A stretch of DNA of 64,000 bases from Octopus sinensis (taxonomy: Eukaryota): the NCBI RefSeq assembly GCF_006345805.1, contig NC_043000.1:119350001-119414000 (forward strand), read 5' to 3'. The notes beneath the pieces were generated by a model. That model worked only from the letters and a program-made list of their open reading frames with translations, searched no databases and was not told the origin of the DNA. The first letter of the stretch is position 1. The number at the start of each line of letters is the position of its first letter. Shown piece by piece: positions 24,601-36,522 of the stretch. Position numbers and translations under genes: made by a program.

Positions 24601-27600
24601 AACTATGAAAAACCAAAATTAAATAAATTCAATGGTCTTACTTGTTGGCCTAATTCATATGCTGGAAGTTCAGACAGTTTGACTTCAGACAAGTCAGTCT
24701 CAGGAATGGTTTTCTCCGGAGACTTTATAGTCAGCTGATGAGGCCCAGGATTGTTCAGCAAATTCTTCAAATGTGTTAAAATACCATCGCTAATCTTAGT
24801 CAATGGTTTACCGTGCCAATTCTCCAGATCCTCAACACCTATTTAAGAAAATAATAAATTAAAATGGAAACATTAGGCTCACGGATTGATCAAGAGATGA
24901 GGATTGTCTGTGTTAATCCAAATGCAATTTTAAAAAAAAACTAGCACTAGTCCCGGTAACGCCGGGTCATAGTACTAGTGCATCCATATACAGCTGCGTG
25001 CGTGCGCACATACACGCAAATACTGTCCAAATCTCCAACCAATCACATACAGCTAGCTGGCATTCAATTGGCGTATGAGGTTTCAGGCATTTTGACTGGC
25101 TTTTGGTTAGAAAATTCACAAAAAAGTCACTTCTATTGATTTTTTAATGGCTTTGCAGGGTGACTGGGGAAATGTAAAGATGTGCACGACCACCCTTGGA
25201 TGGTTTTGAATGGCCATAGAAAGTACGAGCCCTCTAACTGAAAAATTGTGGACTTGTATAAAAGATACACACACAAACATTTTGCCGTTTATATATATAG
25301 AGATAAAAAATGGCTGCTTTTGCTGTATCTTGGGAGGGTCATTGTACCAATAATAAACACACTGGTTTTGTTTCACTTTAATAATTCTACTATAGGCACA
25401 AGGTCTGAAATTTTAGGGAAGGTGACTCTGAAAGGATGAAAGAAAAAGCTGACCTCAGCAGAATTTGAACTCAGAATGAAAAGCCACATGAAAAAGTTCC
25501 ACTGGACTGGCTCCAAGCTGGTAGCACGTAAAGTGCACCATTCAAGCGTGGTCGTCACCAGTGCCAACTAACAGGCTCCCATGCTGGTGGCACATAAAAA
25601 GCACCATTCGAGCATGGTCACTACCAGTGTCGCCTCTGACTAGCTTCCATGCAGGTAGCACATAGAAAGCACCATTCGGGCGTAGTCATTACCAGTGCCA
25701 CCTAACTAGCTCTCATGCCGGTGGCATATAAAAAACACCATTCGAGTGTGGTCATTGCCAGTGCCACCTGATTGGCTCCCCTGCCGGTGGCATGTAAAAA
25801 GCACCATTTCAGTGTGGTCGATGTCAGTTCTATATTTAAGAGACGAGGAATTATTTACATTTGAAGAAGCTGTGACACAAGGAGATATTGATAAATTGGG
25901 TATAGCTGATCATGTATGGAAAAATAGAGACTACCTCCCCCTGTGGGATGAAGTTAAAATAATACACAGAGAACACTGGTACATAAAAAGCATGGAGTGT
26001 CTCTGTCTCAGAGTGACGTTGGCTTAGGAAGCATTCGAAGAAACCAACTGGAACTGCCTCACACAAGGTTAACCCGGTGCACTTTTACTCTTTACTCTTT
26101 TACTTGTTTCAGTCATTTGATTTCGGCCGTGCTGGAGCACCACCTTTAGTCGAGCAAATCAACCCCAGGACTTATTCTTTCGGTCACTTTTGCCAAACCG
26201 CTAAGTTACAGCGAAGTAAATACACCACCATCGGTTGTCAAGTGATGTTAGGGGAACAAACACAGACACACAAACATATACACACACACACACACACACA
26301 CATGTATCCGATGGGCTTCTTTCAGTGTCCGTCTACCAAATTCACTCACAAGGCTTTGGTCGGCCTGAGGCTATAGTAGAAGACACGCAGTGGGAATGAA
26401 CCTGGAACGAAGTGGCTGGTAAGCAAGCTACTTACCACACAGTCACCCCTGCGCCTATATCAGAAGACATGGCACCCGCCAAACAGAAACGTTTGTCATG
26501 CCAAGTTCATTGTGCAGAATATTCTTGACTCTCATGTGATATGCCAACAGCTTTGGTTATTTTATTTATTGACAATTGCTTGCCATCCATCACTAAGTGG
26601 TGAATAGGATCAATGTTTTTCTCAGTGGTGGCGGTTTCAAGACATCCAGGGTCGATAAATTAAGTTCCAGTGAATCAAGTTATCTTCAAGACTCTCACTT
26701 CTCTTCTTAAAGGCCTAAAATTTGAGGAGAGGGGACTAGTCGAGGAGAGGGGACCAGTGATTCACTGGAACTTAATTTATTGATCCTGAAAGGTTAAAAG
26801 GCAAAGTCGACTTAGCAGGAATTTGAACTCAGAACGTAGCGATGAGTGAAATACCACCATACTAATGATTCTGCCAGCTTACCACCTTACAATCCGTAAA
26901 TCCTTTCTACTACAGGCACAGGGCCTGAAATTTGGGGGTGGGGGGGCTAGTCAATTACATCGACCCCTAGTGATTCACTGGAACTTAATTTATCGACCCC
27001 GAAAAGATGAAAGGAAAAGTCGACCTCGCAGGAATTTGAACCCAGAACGTAGCCTTTTGTTCAGCGTGCTAACGGTTCTGCCAGCTCGCCACCTTAATGT
27101 CATTAGTAATATCAGCCAATCTGTTTATGAAGTACAACTTACCAGGAATGTTTTTGCCTTTAAACGTCTTAGCAACTATGCAAGTTGGTTTACCCTCAAC
27201 TAATGAAGCTTGGTGGAAAACTTTGCACAAGGAATCAACATCATGGCCATCAGTGATGCAAGTATTCCAGCTGAAAAATATTAATATTTATTATGTTGGT
27301 AATGAAGAATAAAATTATTTAGGTATATACAACATATGTGGAAGCATGTGGCTTAGTGGTTAGGGTGTCAGCATCATGATCGTAAGATTGTGGTTTCGAT
27401 TCCTGGACCGGGCGACGCGCTGTGTTCTTGAGCAAAACACTTCATTTCACATTGCTCCAGTCCACTCAGCTGGCAAAAATGAGTAACGCTGCGATGAACT
27501 GGCGTCCCATCCAGCTGGGGAACACATATGCCACAGAAACCAGGAAACCGGGGCCCATGAGCCTAGCTAGGATTTAAAAGAGCACATTTTTTTTTATTTA

Positions 27601-29116
27601 TATACAACATATACAAAGTGGTGCAAGGAAAAACAGAGAAGAGTTTGCTTGAAGCATTGTAGAATCTTTTCTACTCTAGGCACAAGGCCCAAAATTTTGG
27701 GAGAGGGTACCAGTCGATTACATCGACCCCAGTACGCAACTGGTACTTAATTTATCAATCCCGAAAGGCTGTTATTTTTAGCACATCTCAAAACCACCTT
27801 GTTTGTTTGTCCCTCTGATGTAATGATGATTTTCAATATCTTTCTCCTCATTAACACACTTAATGGTCTACTGCTGTTTAAACCGGCCATATCCGGCCCA
27901 AATATTCTATATGTTTTATATTCAAACTGGCCACTCACATCTAATCTACACTGACATTCTAAAAATAAACGATCACATTACTAAAACCTCAAAAGCTATA
28001 AGCTAATGCAGGATTAATTAAAAACAATTTGAGTAAAAAAATATTAAATTTAACAGAGTAATCTGAACACTAAAGGGTTAAGCCAAAAATTCATACTGTC
28101 AATATTCTAAATGGAGTAAAAAAAACAATATTTGTTTTTAGATTTCAAAAATTTTTCAAAAACATTTTTTTCTTATTTTCCTAGTCCAATGAATTCCTAC
28201 ATGTAGAATACAAACATGCAAAAATTTTCTGAAAATTCCTGAAGTGAAAAGGTTATGATGGGTTATATAGGGTGCGTAAACCAGAATTCTGCTAAAGCCA
28301 GGCTCATATGGGTAGCCTCTTTCAGTGATAAAAATGGGTTTGCATAGGGCCATGAGCCCTACCAAGAAAAAAAAAACAGCAAAGTTACTGCAGCTTCAAT
28401 GACAATTCAAAACCAACAAGAACTGGGAGAGAAAGGCCTTCCCTCAGGGAAGCATTTCGTCCAGCGCGCTAACATTTCTGCCAGCTCACTGCCTTCAGAA
28501 AGAGCAATATTATTTTCTATTCTAGGCACAAGGTCAGAAATTTTAGGAAATTTTATACATACCCAAATGCTTCACATCGTTTTTTATAGACTTCCACATC
28601 ATGCTGCAATGGTGTAGGATCACTCTGGCCCAATCGGTTGACATCCAGAATGGCAACTAAGTTATCCAGCTTGTAGTAGCTAGCAAATGCCATGGCTTCC
28701 CAAATAGAACCTTCTGCACTTTCACCATCTCCAATCAAACAGTAGACACGATAACTACAAATAGACAAAATTTCATAATATACTCAATGCATTTAATAAT
28801 ATTTTACATAGAATGAAAATTGAAGATTATTCAGAAATATAAAAAACTATAGACATAATCATCATCATTTAACGTCCGCTTTCCATGCTAGCATGGGTTG
28901 GACGATTTGATATACACACACACACACACGTTCGATTTCCACTCATTTACTTATTTATTTTTCTAAAATTTTCGTTGCTTCTTGCAAACTATTGAAGAGG
29001 CTGCAAGACACAAGGGAAATTTTAGAAAAAGTAAATGAGTGGAAATTGAACCAGTGTGTGTGTTAAGTAATAAGGCACTAAAAGAGAATGACTCTCCCCA
29101 GACATAATAAAAAAAA

Positions 29117-29150
<34 letters not shown>

Positions 29151-32100
29151 TTTGAGTAAATTATGTCTCTTTGCTCCTTGTTACTTCCCTTTAAGCTTAT
29201 GTCGACTGTCCTTCAAACGTCAATAAAATAATTATCACGTATAGCAGAAAGCGGTGGATTATCAACTGAACTGCTCACTGTTCCGTAACTGAAGCTAATA
29301 TAAGAATATACCGTATTTACTCGTGTATAAGCCGCACTGTTTTATAGCTGACTAGCAGCGTTGCCCGGGTATGTAAGAGCCCCTAGTAGGCAACGGCTAA
29401 TCCCAATCTAGTCCTTTCCCTCTAGGGAACGAAGGCGCATGTGTAGGTTGCAATGTCTTCTCTTCACTCAAATACTTCTGTGTATACGATGTTCCTAGCT
29501 GTCCCTTTGGGCGAAAACATGAAAACATCATTGTGCCTCCCAACGCGTGAACAGCCCACGTACAGCCCAGAAAATGTGTTGCATATGAAAAGCTTAAATT
29601 CTCGACCCCATGTCGAATTTATCGATTTTTTCAGAACTGGGGGAACTTTTCAAAATTTTCGCTGCGTTAGTTTTGAATTATGACATTGGGCTATGTGTGT
29701 GTCAAGTTTCATCAGAATCGGTTGAAAGCCGTGCTCAGGGTGAGGGTACAACCTGACAGACACACAGACAGACAAACTGCTGTTTATATAGAGAGAGATT
29801 TTAATGAAAAACCTAGGGTGAGATATACATGGGGTAAGGCTAAAACTATGAAGAGAACAAAGTTTTGAACAGTAAAAAAAATGAGGTTAAATAAAGACTG
29901 CTGTATAAAAAGTGAAATGCCATACTTACTCAGCCTTGTCAAAATATTTGCCAGTGTATGCCATTCCAGCAGCAATACTCAAACCCTGTCCAAGAGAGCC
30001 AGTTCCAACATCAATGAAATTCAGACGCTGCAACAGATAAAACGGAACAATTCTTAAAATCCATACAACCGAGTTTTTGTTAAACAATATTCTTTCTGCT
30101 TAGGACAGCGAGCTGGTAGAATCATTAACACACTGGGTGAAATACTTAGCGGTATTTCGTCTGCCCGTTACGTTCTGAGTTCAAATTCTGCCAAGGTCGA
30201 CTTTGCCTTTCATCCTTTTGGGGTCAATTAAATAAGTACAAGTTGAGCACTGGGGTCGATGTAATCAACTTAATCTCTTTGTCTGTCCTTGTTTGTCCCC
30301 TCTGTGTTTAGGCCCCTGTAGGTAATGAAGTAAATCTTCCTTCTGTTTAAGGCAGCAAACTGGCAGAATCGTTAGCACACCAGGCAAAACACTTAGCAGT
30401 ATTTCGTATGCAGATTATGTTCTGAGTTCAAATTCCACCGAAGTCGACTTTGCCTTTCATCCGTTTGGGGTTGATGAAATAACTACTAGAAGAACACTGG
30501 GGTTGATGTAATTTGATTTACCCCACTCACCGAAAACTGCTGGCTTTGTGCCAAAATTAGAAACCAATATTCCTTCTGGTAGAAGCAAATAATTTTTGCA
30601 TCACAAATTTCAGACTGATGATGAGCAATGACTCTGAAACTAGTCTCTGGTTGCTGGCTTTGCTGGGTGGAGGTGCTTATCTCCCCTTTGAAAACATAAG
30701 GACACAGGAAATGTGTCAAGGCCAACAGGAAACGGTGATTCCTAAGGCTAAATAACAATAGCATTCTTCCCCTTTCCTGGGACTGTCACATTAACCCTTT
30801 CGTTACCAACCTGACTAAAACCGGCTCTGGCTCTGTAGTACAAATGTCTTGTTTTCATAAGTTTTGAATTAATTTCTTCCACCAAACCTTAGTCCCAATT
30901 TATATTCTTAACTCTAACTTAATGATAACTAAGTTATTTTACTTAATTCTTCAAATTCTTTAAAATAATTGAAAGAAACACAGAACATCTCAAAATAAAT
31001 ACAGTAATGAAAGGGTTAAGCTGACAACATACTATCAAAACTATTTTTGATTGTCCCTCTAATCTAATCTCTCCAAAATCACAACCAACTTTCTGTTCAC
31101 ATTTTTCTTTTATACCATCTCTTGTCTCTCAATTATATACACTATTAAACTGTACATTAACTTTCATATCAAGATTATTGTTCTATAAAGAGTTTATGAA
31201 GCAAAAAAGGAAAAAAGTTAACTTACCGGTGTGGGATGACCTTCCAGATCACTTGTAATTTTACGCAAATTCAACAAGTCTTCAGTGGGGAAAAGTCCAG
31301 CCTCTGCCCAAGCAGCATACAAAATGGGAGCAGCATGACCCTGAAAATAATTTTATAAGCACACTCAATACAAGCAATGATTATCCATCAACGGCTATGT
31401 TTTTGTTTTTTTTTTTTGTTTCATTTAAACGTTATTTTAATTATAAATTGAAATAAACCCAAAGTGAAAGTCATAAAAGGGAAAATTTAAGAGAGAAAAA
31501 AAAACTGTTTAAATAATTACTGAACGAAAGCAAACAGCTAGTAATGGTAACATTGTATTTACTGCACCATGGCCACCACTCTCAAATGGGTTACACTCTT
31601 GTACAAGTGAAGGATTAAGAAAACTTCAGAGCAGTAAAATAAAGTACGATAGGTTAATGTCTAAATTTCTAACTATCTTTTTACCTACATGTATGACTGT
31701 AAATCCTCGAGTATAATCCACATTTTTTTCCCCAAAATTTAAAGGTTAAAATCCCTAGTGCGTACTATATACGAGGTTAAAAATGAAAAATATTTTCTAA
31801 GCAATGTCCGAGTTTCTATTTGCTGTCCGGCAATGTTTATTCAGACGCATTTTGTGATGTGGGCGTGAAAATACCTTAAGCTATGCCTGTAAGCAATGAT
31901 GTCATAAAAGAATCATCCGTAACTTGCAGTAAGCAACATTTATTAAACGTTATTACTGTTATTTCTTTATTTTCTGCTAACAAAATGCACAAAAAAGTTA
32001 CACGTTTGCATTATGTTATATATACAATAGTAATAAAGGACATTACCATATACATTTTTACAAACCAAGGACGTTATAGACCTCCTTGACTCAAGTTAGA

Positions 32101-33055
32101 GAAGGGGTGCCTATTATACACAAGGTTTAGATTTTTCAGAGGTACAGCCCCCTAAAAATTCCCTGCATATTATACTGAAGGGAGGACTATACTCGAGGAT
32201 TTATGGTATTGAGTAGAAATCACCTGTATCACCTGTACTGACCAGACTATCAGCTGTTGTTATACAATGCTGGTCACAATGGACTTCCAGCTTTTTCTTG
32301 CTTGCACCCTTTTTTTGCCCCATCTTGGACTAAATCATCTAATTAAATCTTCCCATCATTGGAAGCTTTCTAAATAACCTGTTCCAGTCTCTTGGACACA
32401 ACTCGGTAACTACATGGGTCCACTTGTCTGTGAACCTTGCAAAATGTCCAGCCCAGTAGAATTTGTGCTTCTGGTATTCTACAATTATGTTCACTCCATT
32501 CCCTTCTCAAAGTACCTCATTTTGGATATGTCCTCATACGGATATTCCTATCATAAATCTTTCCATAGCCCTTTGCATCATAACCAATAGATGCTCCTCT
32601 TTTTTTGTAGTAGCTCAAGTCTCACTTGAGTATAAGAGGAGAAATAATTCTTTAAAAATCCATTACATCTTCAACAATTTCATGGTTCTTATTTCTAATA
32701 TGATGCACTGTCTTGTGTTTCAATTTTGAAAATAAAAAAATTATATAAATTTATATAATTTAGGAAGGGCATCCAGCTGTAGAAACATTGCCAGAGTAGA
32801 CTGGAGCCTGGTGCAGCCTCCTGGTTTCCAAGACCCGGTCGAACCATCCAACCTATGCTAGCATGGAAAACAGATGTTAAATGATGATGATGATATAGGC
32901 GCAGGAGTGGCTGTGTGGTAAATAGCTTGCTTACCAACCACATGGATCCGGGTTCATTCCCACTGAGTGGCACCTTGGGCAAGTGTCTTCTACTATAGCC
33001 TCGGGCCGACCAAATCCTTGTGAGTGGATGTGGTAGACGGAAACTGAAAGAAGCC

Positions 33056-33118
<63 letters not shown>

Positions 33119-36100
33119 TATATATGTGTGTGTATATGTTTGTCTCCCCCAACATCGCTTGACAACTGATGGTAGTGTGTTTATGTCCCCATAACTTAGC
33201 AGTTCGGCAAAAGAGACCGATAGAATAAGTACTAGGCTTACAAAGAATAAGTTCTGGGGTTGATTTGCTCGACTAAAGGCGGTGCTCCAACATGGCCGCA
33301 AGTCAAATGACTGAAACAAGTAAAAGAGTGAAAGAGAAACTCATAGAAGCTAATCCAACTTCTCTCAACAATTCAGTTGCTATTTTGGAACATCTTAATG
33401 GAAGATGCTTCTCTAAATCTATGATTGAGCATTTTAATGGGTGGTTTTTAGTATCAAAGAACACCAAGGAGCCATGGATTAACGAATTGTCCAAATTGTT
33501 TTACACAAAAAGCAGGAGCATTAAGCTGTGAATACAAAATGACTCGTGAGAACTAATTAACATTGCACTTTTAAGAAAAATCATGGAAGAAAAATATACT
33601 CAGTAGCAGTCTGTCACGAGATTTAATTATTGTACCATCCTTTATATTAAAGGTAACACCATGGATTTTTCAATACTAACCTCATCATTACTACCACATT
33701 TCCACACTTGCCTGGGGTAGAGGGGGTCATTCCTAGCACAGCACCTAACTGTTTGTTGTGATCCTTTGACACCACATAAAAAGCACCCTGGCTGGCACCA
33801 AGTTTAAAGGCACCCAGGCTAACACTGCGTAAAAGGCCCCCCAGGCTAACACCATGTAAAAGCACCCAGGCTAACACCACATAAAAAGCACCCAGGCTAA
33901 CACCACATAAAAAGCACCCAGGCTAACACCACATAAAAAGCACCCAGGCTAATTCCACGTAAAAGCACCCAGGCTAATACCACGTAAAAGCACCCAGGCT
34001 AATACCACGTAAAAGCACCCAGGATAACACCACATAAATAGCATCCAGTACACTCTGTAAAGTAGTTGGCATTAGGAAGAGCATTCAACAATAAAAACCA
34101 TGCCAAAAACAAACAATGGGACCAGGTGTAGCTCCTGATATGGCAGCTCTTGTCAAACCATCCAACTCAAGCCAGCAAGGAAAGCAGACATGATGATGAT
34201 GATGAGTAAGCAACTGGTTTGAATAGAAGAGTCTTATAGCATAGTAGCAAACCCTCTGCAATGTTGTCAGTTTAAATGTTACATTTTATAATTAATCAGA
34301 GGTAACCGTACATTGGTGGAGGCGCGTGGTTTAGTTGTTAGGGTGTCAGCACCATGATCGTAAGATTGTGGTTTCAATTCCTGGACCAGGCAACGTGTTG
34401 TGTTCTTGAGCAAAACACTTCATTTCACGTTACTCCAGTCCACTCATATTGCAAAAATGAGTAACGCTGCGATGGACTGGCGTCCCGTCCAGCTGGGGAA
34501 CACATATGCCATAGAAACTGGGAAACCAGGCCCATGAGCCTGGCTAGGCTTTAAAAAGGGCTCAATTATTTTTTTTATCCATACATTGACAATTAATTAT
34601 TGTACCATCCTTTATATTAAAGGTATCACCATGGATTTTTTAATACTAACTTCATCATTACTACCACATTTCCACACTTGCCTGGGGTAGAGGGGGTCAT
34701 TCCTAGCACAGCACCTAACTGTTTGTTGTGATCCTTTGACACCAAGGCTTCAAGGCATTAGAAATGATTCTGTGTTCGGTCAAATTGTCCAACTTATGAT
34801 AAATCAAGTAATTAATTGAAATTTTAAAATATACAACAAAAAAAGGTAAATTTTTAGTTACTTTTGAGAGGATAAATCTGTCATTTGAAGCTCCTCGAGG
34901 ATTCTTGATGTCGTACTTCATAGTATGGAAGAACAAAACGGACATAATTTCTGCCGCTGAACTGCATGATGAAGGATGGCTAAAAAATATATAAAAAATA
35001 AAAACATTCTTAAACCTTCTGGTACAAAAAACAAAAAAGATGGGTAAAACAGATAGTGGATATATAGGAAACGATTTTGGTTGGAGATAAGCCCTTCCCC
35101 TCTTCAACTGGTGCTTACTTCGACCCTGAAAGGATGAAACTCAAAGTTGACCTCGGTGGAATTTGAACTCAGAACTTAAAGACAGACGTAAAGCTGCTAA
35201 GAATTTTGCATCACGAACTCACTTTATTGAAGACCCGACAAATGAAGTGAGTTTGTGGCTCGCAGGACGGCCTGTTGTGCTAACCTTAGATCGTAGAGTG
35301 ACCCACTGTTCTTGAGGAGACCTATTGAATCAAGTACATTAACACCAACATCAAAATAAAAATCAAATGGAAATTGTAGTCAAGATACCTGTGCCGGTGA
35401 CACGTAAAAAGCACCATCCGAACATGACAGATGCCAGCGTCGCCTGACTGGCGTCTGTGTCGGTGACACATAAAAGCACCAACCAATCGTGGCCGTTTGC
35501 TAGCCTCCCCTGGCCCCTGTGCTGGTGGCATGTAAAAATCACCGACTACACTCACGGAGTGGTTGGCATTAGGAAGGGCATCCAGCTCTAGAAACACTGC
35601 CAGATCAGACTGGAGCCTGGTGCAGCGTCCTGGCTTCCCAGACCCTGGTCAAACCGTCCAACTCATGCTAGCATGGAAAATGGATGTTAAACGGTGATGA
35701 TGATGATGCTAATGGTTCTGCCAATTCAGTACCTTAAATCTTTGCATTAATGTTATTCAACAGGATGTGTAACTCAAAGATCAGGGAGTGTCTCCAGGTG
35801 GAGCCAGTCTTAAAGACGTCGCAGCTTTCGTTCTGTGGACATTTGGTTAGAATCTCACAAGAAAGAATCATAAAATGGCTTTAACAATCAGAGTGAATCA
35901 GCAGGAAACCTAAGAGTATGCCAAGAACAAGAAGGATTGGATAATATGCAGAGTCTCGAGTGGACATCATCATCGTTTAACGTCCGCTTTCCATGCTAAC
36001 ATGGGTTGGACGATTTTGACAGGGCTGGCGAACCAGATGGCTGCACCAGGCTCCAATCTTGATTTGGCAGAGTTTCTACAGCTGGATGCCCTTCCTAACG

Positions 36101-36467
36101 CCAACCACTCCAAGAGTGTAGTGGTGCTTTTTACGTGCCACCGGCATAGGGGCCAGTCAGGCGGTACTGGCAACGACCTCGCAAGAATCTTTTTACACAT
36201 GCCACAGGCGGCAGTGAAGCGACGTTGGTAACGATCACGCTCGAATGGTGCCCTTTTACGTGCCACGGGTACAGAAGCCAGTTGACTGCTCTGGCAACGA
36301 TCACACTCGGATTGGCACCCTACTAGCACGTGCACAAGTGCCAGTAAGGTGACGCTGTTTGTGAATCCAACTAGCATGTGTAATGATGGTTGCTTTTGAT
36401 AGGATCCCTACGGAGGAGGTACCTAAGGACCCTACTCTCAAGTTCTTCCCAGGAATAGTGAGTAGAG

Positions 36468-36522
<55 letters not shown>

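Larger units (their letters stand above)
33623..34744 (+). repeat. 152-bp direct repeat pair (33623-33774 and 34593-34744), 3 mismatches
   Basis: Base-by-base comparison. Confidence 0.9.

Noticed and set aside
20600-25820. CRISPR-like appearance of conserved anchor plus variable segment arrays
   Set aside because: The variable segments are homologous to each other and recur between loci, the arrays are always part of the RTE 3'UTR, there are no cas genes, and the DNA is eukaryotic
30611-30660. Hammerhead ribozyme (CTGATGA...GAAAC...GTT)
   Set aside because: Stem II is closed by T-T rather than G-C, stem I begins with an A-G mismatch, and there is no second copy; probably chance
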